A stretch of 32,000 nucleotides of DNA from Candidatus Nitrosopumilus koreensis AR1 (GTDB lineage Archaea > Thermoproteota > Nitrososphaeria > Nitrososphaerales > Nitrosopumilaceae), in contig NC_018655.1 of the NCBI RefSeq assembly GCF_000299365.1, forward strand, positions 240,001 to 272,000, in the 5' to 3' direction. The notes below the pieces were generated by a model that had not been told where the DNA came from, ran no database searches, and worked only from the letters and a program-made list of their open reading frames with translations. A program made the position numbers and the translations under genes. Below are positions 16,100 through 25,734 of this stretch, piece by piece. Numbering within the stretch: the first letter of the stretch is position 1; every line of letters starts with the position of its first letter.

Positions 16100-17267
16100 T
16101 AGTAAGTCTTCAAAGGCAAAAGTAATTGCAAGTGGAATAATTCCTTTTATTTTTGTAATTATTATGATGGCATATATTTTTGGACCAGGCGCTGATTTAC
16201 TTGATTTAGGAATTCCTCTACCTGAAATAACTATTGAAAAAGTAGAATTTGTAGATTCTGAAATCCAAGCAACTGTTAGAAACACGGGCCCTATTCCAGT
16301 CGAAGTGGTTATGGCTGACGTCAATGATAGAATTCAACCTGCGGCTGTAGAACCTGATAGGTTTCTAGAAAGATATGAAACCACACTTGTTAGAATTCCT
16401 TTTGAGTGGAATGAAGCAGAACCTTACATAATTGGAATAACGATTGATGATGGGACTAGATTTGAAAAAGAAATTGAGGCTGCAGCTCCTGCATTACATC
16501 CAACATTAGATCTTGCAGTGTTTTTTGCAATTATTGGTACATATGTTGGGATTATACCTGTAATGATTGGACTTCTTTGGTTACCTTTTATCAAAAAAAT
16601 CAGTAAATCGAAATACCATTTCTTTTTAGCTCTGACTGCTGGACTTTTACTTTTTCTAGCCTTTGATTCTATAGAAGAGGCCGTTGAAGTTTCTGATGAA
16701 AATTTAGCTGGTAGCTTTAATGGCACACTACTTGTTGCAACTGTTGTTGTTTTGGCTTTCTTGGGATTGTATTACTCTGGAGAAAAACTAGTGCAAAGGG
16801 CAAGTTCATCAAAACTTGCAAAACCTGTTGCAATAGCTCTGATGATTTCAATAGGAATTGGATTGCACAATTTTGGTGAGGGATTAGCAATTGGTGCTGC
16901 AGTCGGCCTAGGATCTATTGCATTTAGTACATTTTTGATCGTTGGATTTGCGCTTCATAACACTACCGAAGGAATTGCTATTGCAGCGCCAATGTCGAGA
17001 GGAAAACTAATGGTTGGAAAACTTGCTACTATGGGAATGATTGCTGGTGCCCCTGCAATTTTTGGCGCTTGGATGGGTGGATTTGTTTACTCCTCATTTT
17101 CATCTGTGATATTTCTTGCAATTGGTGCTGGTGCAATCTTTCAAGTCATTGTGGTGTTGATGAAATGGTTGCGAGAAGAAGGCGATAAAAATCTCTCTAG
17201 CGCACCTGTCGCATCTGGATTTGCTGTAGGAATGCTGGTGATGTATCTGACAAGCATTTTGGTCTAG
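16089..17267 (+). CDS. ZIP-family divalent metal transporter with an extra N-terminal TM plus extracytoplasmic domain
   Basis: ZIP signatures 'GIGLHNFGEGLAIGAA' and 'GFALHNTTEGIAIAAP' in the C-terminal ~230 aa. The N-terminal ~140 aa is one helix plus a soluble domain. The start overlaps the MCO gene by 11 nt. Confidence 0.85.
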   Translation: MELSSKSSKAKVIASGIIPFIFVIIMMAYIFGPGADLLDLGIPLPEITIEKVEFVDSEIQATVRNTGPIPVEVVMADVNDRIQPAAVEPDRFLERYETTLVRIPFEWNEAEPYIIGITIDDGTRFEKEIEAAAPALHPTLDLAVFFAIIGTYVGIIPVMIGLLWLPFIKKISKSKYHFFLALTAGLLLFLAFDSIEEAVEVSDENLAGSFNGTLLVATVVVLAFLGLYYSGEKLVQRASSSKLAKPVAIALMISIGIGLHNFGEGLAIGAAVGLGSIAFSTFLIVGFALHNTTEGIAIAAPMSRGKLMVGKLATMGMIAGAPAIFGAWMGGFVYSSFSSVIFLAIGAGAIFQVIVVLMKWLREEGDKNLSSAPVASGFAVGMLVMYLTSILV

Positions 17268-18616
17268 TCTGGTTCTGGATGTATTGTTATCACTGCATTC
17301 TTGATTTCAGTTCTTATGATGTGCTCTATTTCTGATGTCAAGTCATGAACTTTCTCAATTGACAATTCTTTGTCAAATGAACAATCAATATCTATTTTGA
17401 GTATGTTTTCAAAATCTAATGACACTATTCTTCCTATTTTCTTAATTTCAGGATATTTTTCCAAAATTCTTTTTATTTTCTGTTCAGTGGCTTTATCTTC
17501 CAAGTTGAGATTTTCTGGTATTGTAACAAATGGTTCTAAATGAATTGTGGCATGTTCTATCTCTGGAATATTGTCATAAATTTTCTGTTCTATAATTTCA
17601 GAGATTTTGTGAGCGTCTGCTAGATTTTTTTCTCTATCTACCATTACATGTAAATTAGAAAATGTTTTTCCCTTGGTTTTATGGGTACTTACATTGTGCA
17701 CTCCTCTTACCCCCTTTACATTTTTAGCAATATCTAGAATTTTAGCATCTAGTGGCACGTCTTCCCAATCTGGTTCAAAATGAATAGTTATCGAAGCATT
17801 TGAAATTTTATTTTTGATATTTTTCTCAACATTACTACTTATCTCATGTGCATTGTCAAAACTAGTATCTCCTCTTAATGATATTGTAACATCTGCAAAT
17901 ATTGTATCACCTGAACGTCTCATTAGTATGGGTCCTGCATCAATCACACCTTGAGTTGACACGGCAATATCTCTTACATTCTTTACACTTTCTGGTGATA
18001 TGATGTCTGTCAAATCAAGAGCTGTTTTGTAAACCAGTTTTACACTAAGTACAGCTAACAATCCCCCTAAAATTAATGCTGCAACAAAGTCTCCATAATA
18101 GAAACCATATGATACCAAAACAATTCCAATAATTGCAATTAATGTTGAACCAAGATCCATAAATGCATGATAGAAATCTGCTTTGAGAGTTGTCCCACCT
18201 ATTTTTTGAATTGATCTACGTAATAGAATTATTCTAAAAATATCTACTCCTATTGTGTACACTCCTCCGATTATTGCAAACATTCCTGGAAGTATACTTG
18301 CTGGAGGACTCTGTATTCTGTGAATTGATTCGTAAATGAAAAAACATGCAATCAAAAAAATTGCTATTCCCCCAATCAATCCTCCTAATGACTCAATTTT
18401 TCCATGTCCGTAGGTATGTTCTGCATCAGGAGGCTTTATTGCCATTCTTGCTGCCAACAACAAAACAAGAGTAACTACACTGTCCAATAACGCATGAATG
18501 CTGTCTGTAATTAGTGCCAAACTATTGGAGACAAGTCCGAAAACTAACTCTACTACAAATGCAGAAAAAATAGCTACAAGCGAAATCTGTAAAACTCTAG
18601 TTCTTTGTACAAACAT
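17264..18616 (-). CDS. cation diffusion facilitator (CDF) metal efflux transporter with three tandem C-terminal cytoplasmic domains
   Basis: TM2 'DSIHALLD' and TM5 'YHAFMDLG' (HxxxD pairs) within six predicted helices. Three ~75-aa units follow, each ending I(T/H)(I/L)H(F/L/P)EP. 450 aa versus ~300 for typical CDFs. Confidence 0.85.
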   Translation of the reverse strand: MFVQRTRVLQISLVAIFSAFVVELVFGLVSNSLALITDSIHALLDSVVTLVLLLAARMAIKPPDAEHTYGHGKIESLGGLIGGIAIFLIACFFIYESIHRIQSPPASILPGMFAIIGGVYTIGVDIFRIILLRRSIQKIGGTTLKADFYHAFMDLGSTLIAIIGIVLVSYGFYYGDFVAALILGGLLAVLSVKLVYKTALDLTDIISPESVKNVRDIAVSTQGVIDAGPILMRRSGDTIFADVTISLRGDTSFDNAHEISSNVEKNIKNKISNASITIHFEPDWEDVPLDAKILDIAKNVKGVRGVHNVSTHKTKGKTFSNLHVMVDREKNLADAHKISEIIEQKIYDNIPEIEHATIHLEPFVTIPENLNLEDKATEQKIKRILEKYPEIKKIGRIVSLDFENILKIDIDCSFDKELSIEKVHDLTSEIEHIIRTEIKNAVITIHPEPD

Positions 18617-18643
18617 TTTCCTTGTTTTTTAATAATTTCTATC

Positions 18644-21600
18644 ATGTATTACAAGTTTCTAAGGATTATTCCTACGATAACATTATTTGCAAAGAAACTC
18701 TATTTTCTATCATTGGATAAAAATTGGTTATTTTTATTGGGTTTTTCCCTATTTCTCATTCCTGTTCTAGATGTTGATGCCTCTAGCAATCCTAACTTGT
18801 CGGTATCTGCTGAAAATTCAAAATTTGATAATCATTTTGCAGGATCTATGGTGATTGAGGTTGTCATCAGGGATTCCAACATTTCTGACACTGGTGAAGG
18901 AAAAGGAGAACCTGATGTTACTATTAATGGAAAAACACTTCGTATGGTTCAGGCAACAGATGGAAATTGGTATGCATATTTTGCAAATGTTGACAAGGCA
19001 AAAATTGCCGATGCCACAGTTGGCTTGGCTGGAAAAGGATTAGATTTTGGAGAATTCTGTAGTAGGGATACAGCAACATCCGTGTTTGGAATTTCTCTAA
19101 GTGAAACTGATGGGTTTGCAATTCCTCGACCTGATTCTGTTTCTGGTTCTACTAATGGCAATTCTTCTTTTTCTGAATGTACTTCTAGCCCCTCTAATAC
19201 TTCTAATCATAATAATGTTGTAAGAAAAGCAAAATCTATCAACACTAATTCTAACGTCCCTGTTGGTCAAATTGGATTGGATGTTGATGCATGGCCATTA
19301 ATTCAACTCTATTCTTTTGATGATGTAGTAATACAATACAATCCTGGAGGTTCTCCACAACAAGTGTTTCTTGATTATGATGAAATCCCAAACATTACAT
19401 TAAATGTTGATAGGGATCTATATCCTGAGAACTCTGAAGTATTTCTAACTGTAAATGATATTCAATTAAATCAAGATCCAACTGATGAAGATTCTTGGAC
19501 ATTTGATATTGATTCTACAACAAACACTTTCTATCAAGCATTTGACAGTGCTGGAAATAATGATGCTAATGGAAATGCAGGATTAGTAGATCTTGTTCCT
19601 CATCTATCAAATTTGGGATTTGAAGATAATGGAAAATTATCTTTATCTCTAGGAAATATTTTAGAATTAAAAACAAATAATGATCAACCTAGTTCTTCAG
19701 TATCTGACGCCGTCCCAAACACTTATTCCAAAATCATAACCCTTGTTGAACAAGAACCAAACTCTGGACTGTTTACAAGTTATGATTCTGATGATCAGTC
19801 TGTCATTGGAATATTGAATGATGCACCACGTGGTCAAACTGGACAAATTACTTACAACAAAAAATCCATTTCAGTTGTAACTGGATTTTCTACCGCATCT
19901 GTTTCTTTAGATGGTGAACCTGTTTTGACGATTGGAAATGGCGCTCAGTTAAGACCGGGCACGAAATATCCTGTGATTTTGCAGGATCCTGATCAAAATC
20001 TTAACACTGGTGCTAGAGATGACCTTGATGTTTTTAGGGATACTGCACTAATTCCCACAATTACCATTGGAAATCCTGTTACGCTGGAACATGCTGGTAG
20101 TGTTGAATTTCACTCATCTTCACCTGTTCTAACTGGTGGAGATGATTCCAATTCTTCTGTGCCTGATTCAAACTCTGACATATTACTACTTGACACATCA
20201 AATGTATCTAATGCTGCCTATGAGATGATCTCAATTAATCTTGGTATCTCAGCTTCTTCATTAGCAGCATCACTTATTGACTCCTCAGAATCTAACACTA
20301 ATGGAACAAACTGGATAAATTATGATTTGAGATCACTTGAAAAAAATTTAGGAATTTCTGATTTTAGCAGTACCACATTTGCACTTGCATTTGGAACTCG
20401 TGATTCTGCTCAAATTGTTATAGCTGACAATGGTGACGTGACATCCTCTCAAGGATTTATTCAAATTGATAACAATGATGTAACAAGCATTAAGGGAAAA
20501 ACAGGCACTGCCTTTTTGATAATTGATTTTTCTACTGCTGATGACGTTACTATATCTAATGAAACAAACAAACTACCAATAGTTTTTGACTTTTTTTCAT
20601 TTGGATTAAAAAACAATGATAGCATAAACAACTCCATTTATCGTTTTGAATTAGAAGAAACTTTTGATAATTCATCTGTTTTTGAAGGCACTTTTGAATA
20701 TGCCGTTACAAACCAATTAAACATACTTGATCCTGATTTTATTCAAACCATCCAAACAATTGATGATGAAATAAAAATCATAATTACTAATAGATTAATT
20801 GATGAAGAAGGAATTGCAATCTCTTATGCTGATTTAGATTCCGTCGGTGTAACAACTACCACTTCAAGTAAATCTGATGTTTCAACACATTCAGGAACTG
20901 TTTCAACTACTTCAACAACATTTCGATTTGGTCAACCAGTAACAATTACTCTAAGTGACTCTGATCTTAATTTGAAAAGTGATACTGTTGAAATATATCA
21001 AGTAATCAATGATCCAAACTCTGACAATGTTGATACTGTAGGAAAAGACGGGGAAATTTTGTTAGAGATTAAACTTAAAGATATTCGTTACAAGCGATGT
21101 ACTGTTAATGGTGTTGAACATGGTGGTTTAGCATCTACTGGATTTACACTTGTGGAAACAGGACCTAGTACTGGAATATTTACAGGAGTGTTCAAAATGC
21201 CATCTCAGATTTGTGATAAAACAGGCTCAAAATTGATCTATACTTCTGGTGGAAGCCTTGATGTCCGTTATTATGACTCTCGCGACGAATCTGGAAATGA
21301 AAATATCTTCAGCTTGTTAGATTCGAAATCTTCTGTATCTTATTACATTCCTGCTAATCTCAGTACTGAAAAAGTTTTACTTCCACCAACTGGTTCTTCT
21401 AAAGAAATAATCTTGACTGGAAGTATTGAATATCATAAACGTGGAGTTCCATTATCCATAGAACTAACAAATCCTGATGGTACAAAACAAAACTTTGGTG
21501 CAACCCTTAGTAGCAGCGGGGGATATCGTTCAATCTTTACTGTGAATGGTGACACTTTACCTGGAACATATTTTATCAATCTTTTTTATGATGGAAAAAA

Positions 21601-21895
21601 TATTGGAATGCTTTCGTTTAACGTGATTTCTGAAAATGTTCCTGATTGGGTTAAAAACAGTGCTCGCTGGTGGTCTTCTGATACTATTTCTGATGGTGAG
21701 TTTATTGATGGACTTGAACATCTAGTTGAAACTGGGGTGATTACCATTGAGTCATCTGACACAAGTGACATGGACCAAGAAATCCCTGATTGGGTTAAAA
21801 ACACTGCAAGATGGTGGGCCAATGATGATATTCCTGAAGGTGAATTCATAAAATCAATACAATACTTGGTCAAAAAAGGTATAATTCGAATATAA
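18644..21895 (+). CDS. large secreted Asn/Ser/Asp/Thr-rich surface protein with two C-terminal Trp-rich repeats
   Basis: Long ORF with signal-like segment 'NWLFLLGFSLFLIPVLDVDA|SS'. The start is ambiguous: ATG 18644 or in-frame TTG 18713. The ORF-track start at 18605 overlaps the CDF start and is unlikely. There are a dozen or more N-x-S/T sequons. No catalytic motif recognised. Confidence 0.75.
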   Translation: MYYKFLRIIPTITLFAKKLYFLSLDKNWLFLLGFSLFLIPVLDVDASSNPNLSVSAENSKFDNHFAGSMVIEVVIRDSNISDTGEGKGEPDVTINGKTLRMVQATDGNWYAYFANVDKAKIADATVGLAGKGLDFGEFCSRDTATSVFGISLSETDGFAIPRPDSVSGSTNGNSSFSECTSSPSNTSNHNNVVRKAKSINTNSNVPVGQIGLDVDAWPLIQLYSFDDVVIQYNPGGSPQQVFLDYDEIPNITLNVDRDLYPENSEVFLTVNDIQLNQDPTDEDSWTFDIDSTTNTFYQAFDSAGNNDANGNAGLVDLVPHLSNLGFEDNGKLSLSLGNILELKTNNDQPSSSVSDAVPNTYSKIITLVEQEPNSGLFTSYDSDDQSVIGILNDAPRGQTGQITYNKKSISVVTGFSTASVSLDGEPVLTIGNGAQLRPGTKYPVILQDPDQNLNTGARDDLDVFRDTALIPTITIGNPVTLEHAGSVEFHSSSPVLTGGDDSNSSVPDSNSDILLLDTSNVSNAAYEMISINLGISASSLAASLIDSSESNTNGTNWINYDLRSLEKNLGISDFSSTTFALAFGTRDSAQIVIADNGDVTSSQGFIQIDNNDVTSIKGKTGTAFLIIDFSTADDVTISNETNKLPIVFDFFSFGLKNNDSINNSIYRFELEETFDNSSVFEGTFEYAVTNQLNILDPDFIQTIQTIDDEIKIIITNRLIDEEGIAISYADLDSVGVTTTTSSKSDVSTHSGTVSTTSTTFRFGQPVTITLSDSDLNLKSDTVEIYQVINDPNSDNVDTVGKDGEILLEIKLKDIRYKRCTVNGVEHGGLASTGFTLVETGPSTGIFTGVFKMPSQICDKTGSKLIYTSGGSLDVRYYDSRDESGNENIFSLLDSKSSVSYYIPANLSTEKVLLPPTGSSKEIILTGSIEYHKRGVPLSIELTNPDGTKQNFGATLSSSGGYRSIFTVNGDTLPGTYFINLFYDGKNIGMLSFNVISENVPDWVKNSARWWSSDTISDGEFIDGLEHLVETGVITIESSDTSDMDQEIPDWVKNTARWWANDDIPEGEFIKSIQYLVKKGIIRI
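21638..21892 (+). repeat. two 37-aa Trp-rich repeats, 144-nt period, at the C-terminus of the large surface protein
   Basis: 'VPDWVKNSARWWSSDTISDGEFIDGLEHLVETGVITI' (21638..21748) and 'IPDWVKNTARWWANDDIPEGEFIKSIQYLVKKGIIRI' (21782..21892). The first 19 nt, CCTGATTGGGTTAAAAACA, are identical at 21641 and 21785. Confidence 0.85.
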
Positions 21896-21923
21896 TCTGG
21901 TCAATTTTTCTTTCATCAAATAC

Positions 21924-21930
21924 ATAAATA
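21924..21930 (+). promoter_or_regulatory. TATA-box-like element (ATAAATA) upstream of the 317-aa secreted protein gene
   Basis: Centred ~24 nt upstream of ATG 21951, the same spacing seen at rpoN and larC. Confidence 0.35.
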
Positions 21931-21944
21931 CTGACAACTCATGA

Positions 21945-22904
<960 letters not shown>

Positions 22905-22954
22905 TCTTTTAGAGTTACTCTAGGTTATTATACTGAAAGACATTATCTAACATA

Positions 22955-23278
22955 ATGCATATTGAATATGAGGAGTTTGATTCAATTGAAGATATTTTCA
23001 TGTATTTAGCATCAGCAGCACCTCCAATGAAAAATACAATGCCAATTAATTCTTACAAAGACTATATCATGTCCTTTATTCCTCTTAGTCCTTCTACTGG
23101 GGAAACCTATCTTATGCTATATGTCAAGGGCTCTCTCGAACCTGGAATCTATGAGTTTGATGTATCTACAAAATCGTACAAAAAAGTTGATAATATTGAG
23201 AGAGCAGATAAGGTTTACTTTATCTCTTTGACTCCAAAACGAAACACCATAGCAGATGCTGCTATAGCAAGTCTATAG
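22955..23278 (+). CDS. hypothetical protein, 107 aa
   Basis: ORF with ordinary protein-like composition. Its 3' end overlaps the convergent radical SAM gene by 6 nt. No motif recognised. Confidence 0.4.
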   Translation: MHIEYEEFDSIEDIFMYLASAAPPMKNTMPINSYKDYIMSFIPLSPSTGETYLMLYVKGSLEPGIYEFDVSTKSYKKVDNIERADKVYFISLTPKRNTIADAAIASL

Positions 23279-24853
23279 TTTCTTAGTTTGAATTTTTGGA
23301 GCAGATACTGATCTGCTTCTAGCGTATTTGTCAATTATCTCATCTGGGGTTCTTCCATTAAAGAGATCTTTACACAATCCTCTTAGATATCTCATAATTG
23401 CCCATGTTCCTGCCTTTAAAATTCCGTACATGAAAACTTTCATTGGTGGTCCATATGTCTTGTTTCTAAGAATAATTGGAATGATGTCATTAATCACGCG
23501 GAGGTTATTTTCCCAGCATTTCCAAAATAATGTAAACTGAGCTTCATTCAAATTTCCAAAGTGCATTGAATTCTTTTCACTAAAGTCTTGATACAATAAT
23601 GGTGCCACTAATCCTCTAAAGTCCATTTCCCTAAAGTCACTCATCATGTCAATCGTATATTGGATATCATCAGGTGTTTCATCAGGCCATCCAATAATGA
23701 TTGTAGCAGCTGGGAACCAATGATTTTCATTAAGAATTTTTGCTCCTTCTCTAACAACACTTCCCCACTCCTCAGTTGAAAATGGTCTTGTTTTAACACC
23801 TAGGTGTTTCTTTACCATGTCCGGTGCAACTGTCTCAATTCCTAAATTGGTTGCAAGCCACCTTCCTGATTGATCTTGTCCATTCACATGTGAAATTTGT
23901 TGCATTAATGTAGGATCTGCTGCAACTGCTGAAAATGTCATATGTGTTGTTCCAATAAAGTTTGCACCAAGTCCTTTTAGTGACTTCCACAAATCTGTAA
24001 TCGCATCTCTGTTGGGAATAAAATCTCTGTTGTCACATCCATAAAGTAACATTTCATCAGAGTGTAACCAAATTGAATCAAAACCATAATCTAAATTGAT
24101 TTTTGCTTCATGCTGTAATCTTTCTATGGGTAGATCTTTCTTTGATCTTTTATTTACATCACAAAAATCGCAACCCCTACCACATCCTCTCATTGCCTCA
24201 ATCAAAGAATTGATTGTAGGTCCTTCAATTACTGGAATATTTTCAAGATTTCTTACAAAACAATGCATTAATTCTGGCGCATCATTTTTTTCTAAATCTT
24301 GGAATAAATCAACTGCTAATTCGTCTGCTTCACCTACTACAACCGTATCTATTCCATGAATCTTCATTCTGTCTGATTTTGCTAATTCCCATGCTCCGTT
24401 TCCTCCAACTACCACTTTGAAATCGTATTTCTTTTTGAGTTGAATTATACTTGCACACATTTTTTTAAATTTCATTGCAACATATGACAATTTTTCTGGT
24501 GACATTGTTGTGGTGACTGGTGCCATTCCTAATGGATCCATTACATTGATGCCAACAACTTTGGTATCTGGTCCGATTGATTTGTGTAACATATCAGGAT
24601 GTCCAATAAATACATCTTCTCTGTTGTATCCTCCTTGAATCAATGAACTTTCGATTCTTCTTAGACCAATCTGAGCAACTTTTGCTTCACCTGTAATTGG
24701 ATCTGTTTCTACTGAAGGACAAAATACTTTGTCAAAAACCCATTCTGGTAAAACCTCGTACGGTCCACATGCAATAAATCCATACAGAAAATTTCCTCTA
24801 TAATTTGTCATTAAACTACGATCTGCAGTTAGTACAACACGTTTGCCAGCCAA
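23273..24853 (-). CDS. radical SAM enzyme with N-terminal B12-binding-like domain; substrate unknown
   Basis: 'RGCGRGCDFCDV' CxxxCxxC cluster motif, preceded by a Rossmann-like 'KVVVGGNGAWE...GIDTVVVGEADE' segment typical of the B12-binding domain. TTG start at 24853. Confidence 0.8.
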   Translation of the reverse strand: MAGKRVVLTADRSLMTNYRGNFLYGFIACGPYEVLPEWVFDKVFCPSVETDPITGEAKVAQIGLRRIESSLIQGGYNREDVFIGHPDMLHKSIGPDTKVVGINVMDPLGMAPVTTTMSPEKLSYVAMKFKKMCASIIQLKKKYDFKVVVGGNGAWELAKSDRMKIHGIDTVVVGEADELAVDLFQDLEKNDAPELMHCFVRNLENIPVIEGPTINSLIEAMRGCGRGCDFCDVNKRSKKDLPIERLQHEAKINLDYGFDSIWLHSDEMLLYGCDNRDFIPNRDAITDLWKSLKGLGANFIGTTHMTFSAVAADPTLMQQISHVNGQDQSGRWLATNLGIETVAPDMVKKHLGVKTRPFSTEEWGSVVREGAKILNENHWFPAATIIIGWPDETPDDIQYTIDMMSDFREMDFRGLVAPLLYQDFSEKNSMHFGNLNEAQFTLFWKCWENNLRVINDIIPIILRNKTYGPPMKVFMYGILKAGTWAIMRYLRGLCKDLFNGRTPDEIIDKYARSRSVSAPKIQTKKL

Positions 24854-24925
24854 CTATCAGACTTCGTTTAATTATGTTATATATCATTTACGAGATTGAC
24901 ATGTCCAATAAGTTGTAAATTTTGC

Positions 24926-25702
24926 CTATTCTTTTTTTCTTATTGTTCTGTTTGCGATATTTGCTGCAATCCCACCAGCTGCAATCCCGTTGTCTATGTT
25001 TACTACCGATAATCCCAGCGAACAACTTTGAAGCATTGAAGCAAGGGCGGCAATTCCTTTTTCACCATACCCATATCCGACTGATGTTGGAATCCCAATA
25101 ACTGGAATGTCTGTCATTGTAGAAACTAATGTTGCTAACGCCCCTTCCATTCCAGCAGCTACAATAATACAATCAACATCCTCTTCTATCATTTTTTTTA
25201 AGATTGGAAATATTCTTTGGATTCCTGCCACTCCTACATCATAACTTGTGATACACTTACAATTCATTGCCTCACAAACTAGTCTTGATTCTTCTGCTAC
25301 TCCAATATCTGATGTTCCTGCAGTAAGAATACCTACTTTTCCACCATGAAATTTGATTGGTTTTTTAAATAATAATAATGAAGATGATTTTTTCCCTGTC
25401 TTGATTTTCACCTTTAACCTCTTTGCAAATGCTTGGATTTTTGGATAATCTGTTTTCTTTATTCTTGAGACAATCACTGAATTTGATTTTTCTAAAACTC
25501 GTTTTATGATTTTTTTAATTTCTTCTAGTTCTTTTGTCTCTGCAAAAATTATCTCAGGAATACCTCTTCTTTTTCTTCTGTTGATATCTATTTTTGCAAT
25601 TCCTTCTATCTCTTCAATTGAATACAATGATAACATCTTTTTTGCATCATTAACTGAGACAGTTCCTGCCTTGACTGATTTTAGAACCTCGTGAATTTCC
25701 AA
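24926..25702 (-). CDS. larB: LarB, pyridinium-3,5-biscarboxylic acid mononucleotide synthase (PurE-like; NPN cofactor biosynthesis)
   Basis: 'RRKRRGIPEIIFAETK', 'GILTAGTSDIGVAEE', 'VAAGMEGALATLV' and 'PVIGIPTSVGYG' blocks of the LarB / AIR-carboxylase-related family. 258 aa. Confidence 0.8.
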   Translation of the reverse strand: MEIHEVLKSVKAGTVSVNDAKKMLSLYSIEEIEGIAKIDINRRKRRGIPEIIFAETKELEEIKKIIKRVLEKSNSVIVSRIKKTDYPKIQAFAKRLKVKIKTGKKSSSLLLFKKPIKFHGGKVGILTAGTSDIGVAEESRLVCEAMNCKCITSYDVGVAGIQRIFPILKKMIEEDVDCIIVAAGMEGALATLVSTMTDIPVIGIPTSVGYGYGEKGIAALASMLQSCSLGLSVVNIDNGIAAGGIAANIANRTIRKKE

Positions 25703-25734
25703 TGATAGTTTTCTTTTTATGGATAAAAAAATGC

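Noticed and set aside
18605-18643. Start of the large surface protein at 18605 (non-ATG), overlapping the CDF start codon region
   Set aside because: It would overlap the divergent CDF gene and its promoter and adds non-signal-like residues. ATG 18644 or TTG 18713, directly preceding the hydrophobic signal segment, are more plausible.
23273-24853. Calling the radical SAM protein the tetraether lipid synthase (Tes/GDGT-MAS) or a GDGT ring synthase
   Set aside because: It is tempting in a thaumarchaeon with isoprenoid genes nearby. However, I see only one Cys cluster motif and about ten Cys in total, whereas I recall the tetraether synthase binding several Fe-S/Fe sites. I cannot align it from memory, so it remains 'substrate unknown'.
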